62,425 nt of DNA from Nitrososphaera sp. (GTDB lineage: Archaea > Thermoproteota > Nitrososphaeria > Nitrososphaerales > Nitrososphaeraceae): contig DATFCN010000179.1 in NCBI GenBank assembly GCA_035253045.1, forward strand, positions 1 to 62,425, written 5' to 3'. Below, piece after piece: positions 18,805-27,881 of the stretch. Both the position numbers and the translations under genes were made by a program. Each line of letters starts with the position of its first letter. Position 1 is the stretch's first letter. A model generated the notes under the pieces. That model saw nothing but the letters and a program-made list of their open reading frames with translations, had not been told where the DNA came from and ran no database searches.

Positions 18805-19422
18805 CTATTTTAGAACAAACCTCTTTCCACTCCTAAATGCTATTACCCTTGCCGATGATTTGTCCCGAACTCCACGTCTGTTAGCATCAGCATATTGCGG
18901 TAACGACGTTCCATATTCATCCACTATTTCAATACTAACGCTATCTTTGAATTTCATTTTCAGCTTGCGTGCGATCTGAATTGCCATATCAATATTGCCG
19001 TCGCCTATTTTCACGACTTTTTTACTAGACTCTATACCGCCAAGTATAGCTGCGACGTGGTTGATCGCATCCTGAAGCGAAGATTCGACAACCGAGCTTG
19101 AAATCTCATGATGCAGGTAGATGACAGATATTCCAATCCTGCTGCCTGGATCTATTCCTATAATTAGTTGATCGTCTACTACCCGTTCCCCCACAATACT
19201 TCGCAGGATCTTTGCCTTGGCAATTGCAGGGTACTTTTCAAGTTCAGTATCAATCATGACAATTCCTTTCCTATTTACGATGCCAGCTTCATCTTGTGTA
19301 GTAATAATGACTTTAGCATTTGATACCGCAGCTTCCTCGGGCGATAACGAGTCAAATTGTAGCTCCATTAGCCTAAGGGCAGATGTTATATTATAGTACG
19401 GGCGGCCTCGAACAGTTGCCAC
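18805..19422 (-). CDS. Hypothetical protein with RNase H-like (YqgF/RuvC-type) motif
   Basis: IIGIDPG, KIGDG, IVDEYGTS, RD..SA..IA. Confidence 0.7.
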   Translation of the reverse strand: MATVRGRPYYNITSALRLMELQFDSLSPEEAAVSNAKVIITTQDEAGIVNRKGIVMIDTELEKYPAIAKAKILRSIVGERVVDDQLIIGIDPGSRIGISVIYLHHEISSSVVESSLQDAINHVAAILGGIESSKKVVKIGDGNIDMAIQIARKLKMKFKDSVSIEIVDEYGTSLPQYADANRRGVRDKSSARVIAFRSGKRFVLK

Positions 19423-19512
19423 CGTGATCTTGCGATATGAAAGCTCCTCCTGGGTCAGGGGCGTTTCATCAACAATTGAGTTTAAACAAGAAACACTTTT
19501 AAAGTTTATGGA

Positions 19513-20007
19513 TTAGCTGACTGGCTTGCCGTCTGCGGTATATTTCCTAATTTTAGAGGGCTGACGTACAGCAGATGATGATGATGGTTGTGTCTTTTTC
19601 TCCACATTTTGTGTAGGGGTAGTAAGTGGCAGATTAGCAGTATTACCCAGAACTGCCTGGACTATACTATCAACCGTTGCGTCAAATGATGCTTTAATGT
19701 TCTTCCTAATGTTAGCTAGGTTTGCTCGTCCAATCTCTCCTATTTCTTCAGACTCTGCATCAGCCTCTGCTCTGGCGCTATCCACTATTTGATTGGATTC
19801 CTGATTTGCAAGATTAATTATCTGTTGCTTTAGCTTCTCGATTTCTCCATCAGAGCTGGTGATTATGCGTCTTTTCATTTCCTCGACGCGACCGTACATT
19901 CCGTCAATGTCATTTTCAAGCTCAGACAAAGCACTGACAATAGTTTCAACTGCAGAATGGGAAGTTGGTGGTGGAATGTCAGTGTGCGTCGTCTTTCCCT
20001 TTGCCAA
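19513..20007 (-). CDS. Coiled-coil protein resembling A/V-ATPase peripheral stalk subunit H/G
   Basis: Long helical E/K/A-rich segment ending FDATVDSIVQAVLG. Confidence 0.55.
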   Translation of the reverse strand: MAKGKTTHTDIPPPTSHSAVETIVSALSELENDIDGMYGRVEEMKRRIITSSDGEIEKLKQQIINLANQESNQIVDSARAEADAESEEIGEIGRANLANIRKNIKASFDATVDSIVQAVLGNTANLPLTTPTQNVEKKTQPSSSSAVRQPSKIRKYTADGKPVS

Positions 20008-20051
20008 GGTCTGAAATCAAAAGTAGTAAAGAGGGATATTAAAACTAAGTG

Positions 20052-20387
20052 CTAGGTGGCAAGGCTAAGTATAGCTTGTGCTAGATCTCCCTTGCTCTCA
20101 GTTAGGGCCTGTATCGCCTTTTCCCTAGGAACGTTAGCCTGTTGCATGACTAGCATAACATCTTCTTCCTTAAAGACAGGGACCTCTCGATGTTTTTCTT
20201 CAATGTCTGATGCAATAACTTGAAATATAGTGCTGTCCTTGCCTTTCATTTCTATCACTTGCGGCTTGATGAGGTAAAGCTCCTTTGTCTCGGTCTTGAT
20301 GATTACTTCTTCTATATTATCCATAGTCTTCATATCAAGGCCCATCTTATCGAGCATACGCCTCATTTCACGATTGCCGCGCATCAT
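20052..20387 (-). CDS. nac: Nascent polypeptide-associated complex
   Basis: MRRMLDKMGL, EEVII, UBA-like tail EDVMLVMQQA...GDLAQAIL. Confidence 0.95.
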   Translation of the reverse strand: MMRGNREMRRMLDKMGLDMKTMDNIEEVIIKTETKELYLIKPQVIEMKGKDSTIFQVIASDIEEKHREVPVFKEEDVMLVMQQANVPREKAIQALTESKGDLAQAILSLAT

Positions 20388-20401
20388 ATATTGTACGTCG
20401 A

Positions 20402-20923
20402 TTACTCTGTTCTACCTTTTATTCCTTGTCTAATCTTTACTGCTATGCCTTTGCGAAATTGCTTCATCAATTTTGAGGGCAGCATTGCAATACCTACAGC
20501 TATAACCCTCTTGCTACTTGCATCACTGGCTCCATTGGCTCCATCACCAGTATTGCCAGCGATGATGGCGACGTCTGACCCAACTTTGATATTTGAACCA
20601 CACCACTCGACGTGCTTGCAGAAAAGCGACCGACCTTCGCTCACAAACGGTACCGCCTCGTTCAGGGGCTTAACGCAATTCTCCCAGAACTGTTTACTAT
20701 TATCAAGCAAATACTGGGCACCCACAATGGTAAGTGCAAGCCCGCCATCGGTCCGCAACGTTACAGCAAGCCTGCCACCTATACTAAAGTTCTTTATTCT
20801 ACCAGTCCGTCTTGAAAAACCGAATTGAATGTCATCAGGTAGGGCTTCTGAGACCCCTCCTCCAAATATTGCATCAACGTGCCTGCATACTTTTTCTCTA
20901 GTATCGATCGGCAGAGGATTCAA
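20402..20923 (-). CDS. PUA-domain protein (ArcTGT C-terminal-like)
   Basis: SRRTGRIK, LRTDGGLALT, EGRSLFCKHV, GIAVKIRQG. Confidence 0.85.
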   Translation of the reverse strand: MNPLPIDTREKVCRHVDAIFGGGVSEALPDDIQFGFSRRTGRIKNFSIGGRLAVTLRTDGGLALTIVGAQYLLDNSKQFWENCVKPLNEAVPFVSEGRSLFCKHVEWCGSNIKVGSDVAIIAGNTGDGANGASDASSKRVIAVGIAMLPSKLMKQFRKGIAVKIRQGIKGRTE

Positions 20924-21028
20924 GGGTAGATAGGTTGGAGCATATACACTACATAAATTCGATTCTATTGTGGTCCTATCTATATAGATTCAAATACAAT
21001 ATATAGAACCGTCAGAAAATAGGATTAA

Positions 21029-22111
21029 ATGGAAAAAATAGAGAGCGAAGAGCACGACAATGGCAAAGGCTTCTCGCAAAGAGAAGAGACGAGAAAATTA
21101 CAATACACAGGGGGCTCTTCTTACATCGTATCTTTACCAAAAAAGTGGATACAGGATCTGGGCTTGAAGCAGGGAGATCACGTTGTAATTTTAAGGCAAG
21201 GCAACTCTACGCTCCAAATAGCACCTGCATCAAAGAGATTCATCAAAGAGCAAAGGGAGGCAACAATTGAAGTCGGCAAGAATCACAATCCGTATTTTAT
21301 TGCTCGTAAGCTGATTGCTCTCTATTTCCTTGGCTTTAACGTGATCAATGTTGTTCCCAAAGAGGATAGGCTTCTCGTGGAACAGAGAGAAGTCATCAAA
21401 AACATCATTAGGCGCGTCCTTATGGGCACTGAGATCATTGCAGACTCAGCTACAGGCATTACGTTGCAAGTTCTTATCAATCTACTTGACTTGTCCGTCG
21501 ATACAGCATTCAAACGAATGTTGCTTATTGCCAAGTCGATGTATCGGGATACTCTTCTTTCTCTGAGAGAGAATAATGTCGAGCTGGCACAGGAAGTAAT
21601 TAAGTCGGACGACGAAGTTGACAGGTTCAGCTTTTACATTGTGCGACAATTAAAAATAGCAATCAAGAACGAATATTTGCTGAAAGAAATAGGGCTTGAG
21701 GAACCGCGCAATTGTTTGGGATACCGTCTGATAGCCAAGTCAGTCGAGAGAGTGGCAGACCATGCAGTAATAATAGCCAAAGACATCATAGAGATACGCC
21801 AGCCGCTCAACAAAGACATTGTGGAAAAAATATCCAATATGAGCTACTTTGCCCTCGAGGTGCTAGACGAGTCGTGTTTGTCAATGTTTAAACGTGACTA
21901 TGAAGCTGCGGATAGAGCAATTGAAAAGGCGCGTAAGATAGATGAGATGGAAAAGGCAATACTGAGGACGGTGTCTAAACCTAGAGATGTCAATGAACTA
22001 TACAGGATCAAGCTGATAACGGAGAACATCCGCAGAGTTGCGGAGTATGCAAGTGACATTGCAGAAATAGTGATCAACATGACAGTTCAGCAGACTCTGA
22101 GAAAAGGCTAA
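21029..22111 (+). CDS. phoU: Archaeal phosphate uptake regulator (AbrB + 2x PhoU)
   Basis: RKLQYTGGSSYIVSLPKKW; DDEVDR, ERVADHA, RRVAEYA. Confidence 0.92.
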   Translation: MEKIESEEHDNGKGFSQREETRKLQYTGGSSYIVSLPKKWIQDLGLKQGDHVVILRQGNSTLQIAPASKRFIKEQREATIEVGKNHNPYFIARKLIALYFLGFNVINVVPKEDRLLVEQREVIKNIIRRVLMGTEIIADSATGITLQVLINLLDLSVDTAFKRMLLIAKSMYRDTLLSLRENNVELAQEVIKSDDEVDRFSFYIVRQLKIAIKNEYLLKEIGLEEPRNCLGYRLIAKSVERVADHAVIIAKDIIEIRQPLNKDIVEKISNMSYFALEVLDESCLSMFKRDYEAADRAIEKARKIDEMEKAILRTVSKPRDVNELYRIKLITENIRRVAEYASDIAEIVINMTVQQTLRKG

Positions 22112-22115
22112 ATCC

Positions 22116-22541
22116 GTGCCTCACATATTGGTCCAAATGTCATACTGCGAACTTTGCGGGCATCAGACCTTTGAGAAAAAGATGGTGGTAGTAGACAACA
22201 CCGTGTTCAATGTTTGTATTGCATGCTCAAAACGAGGAAAGCCCTATATAATGCCGCAGATGGCAGTCAAGAAGAAAAAGCCATCTACAGTAAAACCACA
22301 GAAAAGGATTGGGCTGGCAGATGAAACTATCCTTACACCTAACTTTGCAAGTCTGATAAGAGAAGCCAGAATGAAAATGGGTCTGACACATGAACAACTC
22401 GGCATGAAGATGAACGAGAAGGCGCAACTTCTCAAAAAGTTCGAAACAGGCTCTCTCAAACCTGACGAGATATTTGCAAGAAAGCTGGAAAGGTACCTGG
22501 GGATCAAGCTGTACGTCCGTACCAATAGCGATGAAGAATAA
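22116..22541 (+). CDS. mbf1: Multiprotein bridging factor aMBF1
   Basis: CELCG...CIAC Zn ribbon plus HTH (IREAR...KFETGSLKP). Confidence 0.9.
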   Translation: MPHILVQMSYCELCGHQTFEKKMVVVDNTVFNVCIACSKRGKPYIMPQMAVKKKKPSTVKPQKRIGLADETILTPNFASLIREARMKMGLTHEQLGMKMNEKAQLLKKFETGSLKPDEIFARKLERYLGIKLYVRTNSDEE

Positions 22542-23630
22542 ATGACAAATTACAGAAAGGCGATCCTCATAACGTATCCTGTAGAGCGGGCGATAAATGA
22601 AGCAATATCTCTTGCAGATGCGGCGGGATACTCCATCATCAAGACTGTGACTCAGCGTCAGATAACAAAATCAAGATTTGGGATTGGTCGTGGGAAGGCA
22701 GAAGAAGTAAAAGAGATTGTCAAAGAGATCAACCCAGATGTCATTGTATTTGACGAAACGATCAAGCCAACTCAGATATACAATTTGGCGAGCTTATGTA
22801 AGGTGGAGATAATTGATAGAGAGCGACTGATCTTGGAGATTTTTGAGCGACGAGCAAGTACTACTGAATCTCATATCCAGATTAAGCTTGCTCAATTGCG
22901 CTATGATATGGCAAGGGCACGAGAAAAGGTTAGACTCGCAAGGGCAGGAGAGCAACCCGGATTCTATGGCCTTGGCAAATATGAAGCCGACATCTATTTT
23001 CTCGATATAAGGAGACGAGCGGCTATGCTAAAGAAAAGACTTGAAAAAGAGGAGACCAGGCGGCAATTGCACAGGAACCAGCGGGTAAAGGTTGGTTTGC
23101 CTACAGTATCACTTGCAGGCTACACTTCTGCAGGCAAAACGACTTTGTTCAACAAGATGACAGGTGAGAGCAAAGTTACTGGACAAGGTACATTTACTAC
23201 CCTTTCTACATTTACTCGGGCAATAGATTTGCAAGGAGGCAAAGTGTTGCTAAATGATACTATCGGTTTTATCAGCAAGCTGCCACCGTATATGATAGAT
23301 GCATTCAGATCTACCCTTGATGAGTTGACCTATGCAAACCTTACACTTTTGGTGCTTGATATTAGCGAGCCGATTGATGAAATAAAAAGAAAATTTAGGA
23401 GCTCTCGTGATGTAATAAATGAATTCGAGGTGCCAGATACAAAGATAATTTATGTTCTCAACAAGGTAGATCGAACCACTGTCGAAGATGCATTTGACAA
23501 GGCAGATCAACTTGGCATTTTGGACAGCAAACGTTTACTAGCATTGTCTGCTAGAACAGGCCATAACATCGATCATTTGAAAAATCTCATAACATCAATA
23601 TTGTTTGAAACTAAAGAAGTGCAGAGGTAA
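22542..23630 (+). CDS. hflX: GTPase HflX
   Basis: LILEIFERRA, GYTSAGKTT, FTTL, DTIGF, NKVD, SAR. Confidence 0.95.
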   Translation: MTNYRKAILITYPVERAINEAISLADAAGYSIIKTVTQRQITKSRFGIGRGKAEEVKEIVKEINPDVIVFDETIKPTQIYNLASLCKVEIIDRERLILEIFERRASTTESHIQIKLAQLRYDMARAREKVRLARAGEQPGFYGLGKYEADIYFLDIRRRAAMLKKRLEKEETRRQLHRNQRVKVGLPTVSLAGYTSAGKTTLFNKMTGESKVTGQGTFTTLSTFTRAIDLQGGKVLLNDTIGFISKLPPYMIDAFRSTLDELTYANLTLLVLDISEPIDEIKRKFRSSRDVINEFEVPDTKIIYVLNKVDRTTVEDAFDKADQLGILDSKRLLALSARTGHNIDHLKNLITSILFETKEVQR

Positions 23631-23676
23631 ATGAGATATTGAGATATTATTAACACTTAACTGGAGAGAATAAAGG

Positions 23677-24207
23677 ATGAATATAGCCGTACTTAGGATT
23701 GGCCATAGGATGGTGCGTGACGACAGGGTGACGACACACGTTGCACTTGTGGCTCGGGCATTTGGCGCAGATGCGATATACATGACAGGCATTCTAGATG
23801 GATCTATCACGGATACAGTTGCAAATGTATCCAAGACGTGGGGTGGCAGGTTTAGAGTAGAGGTCATACAGGATTGGAAAGGTCTTGTAAGAGCTTGGAA
23901 AAAAGAAGGGGGCAAAGTGGCTCACCTTACAATGTATGGGATCAATGTTGATGACATTGCTGGAAGGATGCGTGAAGAAAACAAGATCCTGGTAATAGTG
24001 GGTGCAGAGAAAGTTCCCCAAGAAGCGTATGGCTTTGCCGATTACAATATTGCCATTGGTAACCAACCTCACTCTGAAATTGCAGCACTAGCAATTTTTT
24101 TAGACAGGATATTCGCAGGTAAGCAATTTAAAAGGGTCTTTGCTGACGCCAATATAAAAATAGTGCCCTCTGAAAAGGGAAAAAAAGTGCAAGAGAACAG
24201 CGAATAA
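23677..24207 (+). CDS. trm56: tRNA (cytidine-56-2'-O)-methyltransferase
   Basis: LRIGHR..RDDRVTTHV..VARAFGA, HLTMYG, GAEKVP, NQPHSE. Confidence 0.95.
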   Translation: MNIAVLRIGHRMVRDDRVTTHVALVARAFGADAIYMTGILDGSITDTVANVSKTWGGRFRVEVIQDWKGLVRAWKKEGGKVAHLTMYGINVDDIAGRMREENKILVIVGAEKVPQEAYGFADYNIAIGNQPHSEIAALAIFLDRIFAGKQFKRVFADANIKIVPSEKGKKVQENSE

Positions 24208-24377
24208 AAATCTTTTTTTCGTTGTGCCATAAAGAGTCAAGGGGGTTATATGACTCTAACCCAGGCCGCTCGCCTCTTTCGAGTAAGGGGTATATAATTA
24301 AAATAATAATCATGTATGTTGGGACAAACAGATCCAGATATTTGAACGACGGTAATATATCTTGGCATACATCATAG

Positions 24378-25064
24378 CTACTGCTTCATTATGCTAACTA
24401 TTGCACTGGCAACCTCCGGCTTGCCGAAGAGCAGCTTTATCGCATCGTCCTTGCGCTTTTTGCGTGAGTTAAGCTCTATAAAATTTAGATTGTTGTTTAT
24501 CATGAATTCAAGATGAAGTGACTTTCTTATTATGCTTGCATTTCTTATTCCAAATCGCTTACCTACGAGACTATCAGAGTTTGAAGGGTCAAGCGACGAT
24601 AGCAGGATAACTGCTCCTACAAATGAATCAAGTAATGCAAAGAGTGGATCGGGTTTGTCTTCTTTTTTTTCCTTCATGATGCCCCACTTTACTTTACTCT
24701 TTGTCATTGATGCCAAGCTATCAAAGCTTTTGACAAACTCGCCAAACATTGATTCCATAGTAACACTGATTATATGATCTTTTGACCTGACAAATTGCGT
24801 CGTTACCTTTTGGTCAGTAAATTCCATTCCATGATACTTGGCGTACAGCAGCGGCTGGCCGTATTTTACAACATAGGCTTCACAGCCATCTATTTGCGAA
24901 ATAATGTGCATAAAATAATTTTTGGACGTTAGATTCTTTATAGCTGCGTTCATTTTGGAGATTATCATGAGATTTAGAAGGTTTCTGACAAAATCGTCGG
25001 CGTAGCTGGGAAACTCCCGGAAATCATAGAGAATCTCTTCCACTACCAAGACAATAAACATCAC
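24378..25064 (-). CDS. Hypothetical protein
   Basis: 228-aa ORF; no motif recognised. Confidence 0.75.
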   Translation of the reverse strand: MMFIVLVVEEILYDFREFPSYADDFVRNLLNLMIISKMNAAIKNLTSKNYFMHIISQIDGCEAYVVKYGQPLLYAKYHGMEFTDQKVTTQFVRSKDHIISVTMESMFGEFVKSFDSLASMTKSKVKWGIMKEKKEDKPDPLFALLDSFVGAVILLSSLDPSNSDSLVGKRFGIRNASIIRKSLHLEFMINNNLNFIELNSRKKRKDDAIKLLFGKPEVASAIVSIMKQ

Positions 25065-25139
25065 ATACCCTGCACATTAGAATTTTTTTCTTGCACAATG
25101 TGTAACAGGTTACGTGTAGATGTAAATGTCACAGTTTAG

Positions 25140-27050
25140 TTGCAAATATTAAAGGCCTCGTCAAAAGTCGGATTATTGACTGAGAGGTTCACATTTGTAC
25201 CTTCAGCTGACCAGATGTCTAAGAGCAATATTGGCAGATTCATGAAAAAGCATGGTATATCCAGCTGGCAACAACTGGTTGATAGGGCAAATAGCGATAT
25301 CGGATGGTATTGGAATGCGGTAAATGAAGACCTGGGCATAGAATGGTTCCAAAAATATGATAAGACTTACGACTCACTAGCAGGCATCCCTTGGACAAAA
25401 TGGTTCTTAAATGGCAAATGCAACATTGTTATCAATGCAATTGACAGACATGCCAAAAATCAGCCGGATAAAGTTGCTTACATTTTTGCAAGTGAGCAAG
25501 GTTCAAGAAAAATCACTTACCGCGAGCTTGACGAGCGTGTGAGCAGACTAGCATATGCTCTGGCAACAGCAGGTGTCAAAAAGGGTGATGTTGTTGCCAT
25601 CTATCTTCCTATGATCCCTGAAGCGCTTTATGCGATCTTTGCCTGCTCCAAGATTGGGGCTGTTCATACTACAATCTTTTCTGGGTTCAGCGCGCATGCC
25701 CTCCACTCTCGGCTTGTTGATTCCAAGGCAATATTGCTTATCACCACCGATACAGCCAGGCGGCGAGGCAAAGACATTGATCTTGCAAGCCAGTGGAAAA
25801 AGGCAGTACAATGCACAAACGTTTCCAGAATAGTGACGGTCAGCGGCAATTATGTAGACTTTGTCAAAAATGCTGGCAGGGCCAGGACAGAGGTTATGGA
25901 TTCAGAGGACCCTCTGTTTATTTTATACACATCAGGTACTACAGGCCATCCGAAGGGCACTCTGCAGGTGCATGGCGGCTTTACCATTGTTGCAGCCCAG
26001 CAGGCAGCATATCTTATCGATATGACTCCTGAAGATGTATTGTTCTGGTATGCAGACATAGGGTGGATAACAGGACAGGTATGGGTTGTATATGGAAGCC
26101 CGATAATAGGTGGGACTGCACTAGTGTACGATGACGCCCTTGACTATCCCACAGCAGATGCATGGTGCAGGTTGATTGAAGATCATAAAGTCAGCATCTT
26201 TGGAGCTGCCCCTACTGCAATTAGGCTCTTTATGAAAAACAATGTTCAGACTAGCAGATACGATTTTCAGTCACTTAGAGTTTTAGCTGCAACAGGGGAG
26301 CCAATAAACTTCAAAGCGTGGACTTGGTATTTTGAGAACGTAGGTAAAAGGCGCTGTCCCGTGGTCAACTTATCGGGCGGGACAGAGATCGGAGGCGCCA
26401 TATTGAGTGTGCTGCCAGTCATGCCACTTAAGCCCTGCACAGTAGGATGTCCCGTCCCCGGCTTTGATGCTGACATTTTTGATGATGCAGGTAATAGAGT
26501 AAGTGAAGGATATCTTGTAATCAAAAAACCATGGCCATCCATGACACGCGGGCTCTTTGACGGCCTCAACAGATTTCTCGATACTTACTGGTCAAAGTAC
26601 AAAGATGTATGGTATCACGGTGACTTGGTGCTTGTAAATTCGGATGGTCTATGGTACATGCAAGGTCGCGCCGACGATATAATAAAGGTGGCAGGTCATA
26701 GGATTGGTACTGCAGAAGTTGAGGCAGCTGCTGCGTCTCATCCGGCGGTAGCAGAAGCTATTGCAGTAGGCAGACCAGATGAAGTGAAAGGAGAGGCAAT
26801 AGTTATGTACATAGTTGTAAAGGATGGCTACAAGGCGGATAGCATCCTGGCGGATGAGGTCATCTCCCGGGTAGAAGAATCGATAGGAAGATTTGCTCGC
26901 CCTCAAGAGGTGAGAATAGTGGCCGAGCTGCCAAAGACTAGGACAGGCAAGTTAGTGAGGAGGCTTGTTAAAGCTAAAATTACTGGAGGAAATATTGTCG
27001 ACCAAGACTTATCAACAGTTGAAAACCCTTGGTCGCTTGAGAACATTTAA
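25140..27050 (+). CDS. acs: AMP-forming acetyl/acyl-CoA synthetase
   Basis: YTSGTTGHPKG, ADIGWITG, GRADD, LPKTRTGK. Confidence 0.88.
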   Translation: MQILKASSKVGLLTERFTFVPSADQMSKSNIGRFMKKHGISSWQQLVDRANSDIGWYWNAVNEDLGIEWFQKYDKTYDSLAGIPWTKWFLNGKCNIVINAIDRHAKNQPDKVAYIFASEQGSRKITYRELDERVSRLAYALATAGVKKGDVVAIYLPMIPEALYAIFACSKIGAVHTTIFSGFSAHALHSRLVDSKAILLITTDTARRRGKDIDLASQWKKAVQCTNVSRIVTVSGNYVDFVKNAGRARTEVMDSEDPLFILYTSGTTGHPKGTLQVHGGFTIVAAQQAAYLIDMTPEDVLFWYADIGWITGQVWVVYGSPIIGGTALVYDDALDYPTADAWCRLIEDHKVSIFGAAPTAIRLFMKNNVQTSRYDFQSLRVLAATGEPINFKAWTWYFENVGKRRCPVVNLSGGTEIGGAILSVLPVMPLKPCTVGCPVPGFDADIFDDAGNRVSEGYLVIKKPWPSMTRGLFDGLNRFLDTYWSKYKDVWYHGDLVLVNSDGLWYMQGRADDIIKVAGHRIGTAEVEAAAASHPAVAEAIAVGRPDEVKGEAIVMYIVVKDGYKADSILADEVISRVEESIGRFARPQEVRIVAELPKTRTGKLVRRLVKAKITGGNIVDQDLSTVENPWSLENI

Positions 27051-27085
27051 CAAGTATTTCTATAGGCTTTTGTTTATCAATACCT

Positions 27086-27448
27086 ATGGATGGAACCCAT
27101 CTCTGCAAGGAAATAGCTAATCTACAAGACAATATTGTCAGCGCCGAGATAGTCGAAAAAGGCGTCACGATTGCTGCGCATACAAAGTCAGGTAAACTTT
27201 CAACGCTAGGAAGACTGTTTGCACAGACTGAACTTTACATGGATATCCTGCAGGCAAATGCAGAACATCTGGGCAAATCACATTATTTGATGGCCCATAA
27301 CGACAGCATGGACCTCTTTTTCTTTTCAATAGTCGTCAATGGTAGAAAAATGATCCTAGTTGTAAGGGTTTCTGTTCCATATACTCACGAGGAAATAGCC
27401 AATAAAATGAGAGAATACATGGGCAATCTAAGGCCAAGATATTACTAA
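27086..27448 (+). CDS. Hypothetical protein (possible roadblock/profilin-like fold)
   Basis: 120-aa ORF with alpha-beta pattern typical of Nitrososphaera small paralog families; fold is inference. Confidence 0.65.
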   Translation: MDGTHLCKEIANLQDNIVSAEIVEKGVTIAAHTKSGKLSTLGRLFAQTELYMDILQANAEHLGKSHYLMAHNDSMDLFFFSIVVNGRKMILVVRVSVPYTHEEIANKMREYMGNLRPRYY

Positions 27449-27881
27449 CATCTCGATTAGTGGAACGGATACAGAGTTCAACTAACTCACATAGTAGCGA
27501 AAGATTATTCTTGAGATGGCCCATTTGCTACGACCTTAGCCGATGACAACATCAAAGGGGCTTTTTCACAGTTTTTTAGCTCGGATAACCAAAGCTGCCA
27601 GCGATGTTGTTGAAGTAAATATAAATTCTAAAACTCTCCAGCGAAATCTTATAAATGTCATGAGAATATAGAGTGGCGGCTATAATAGAGGAACAAGATC
27701 TAATAGATAGTAATTGCCCTACAGAGTAGGTTACACCTAACTACCAAACTTGATATATGTCTCTCCCATTGCATTTTTCTCTCTACAAAGACGGGTAACA
27801 GGTATAGCTGTGACATGATCTAAAAAGGCGACAAGGAAGCTTTATTTTGTCAAACTATCGAGTAGCACGTGTATATACTGA

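Noticed and set aside
18565-18813. 82-aa ORF
   Set aside because: Runs through tRNA-Gly
20220-20828. 202-aa + strand ORF
   Set aside because: Antisense shadow of the motif-supported nac and PUA genes; no motif of its own
24231-24262. Fluoride (crcB) riboswitch
   Set aside because: Only TGACTC resembles the 3' part; the 5' GATGG...CC element and a downstream co-oriented gene are absent
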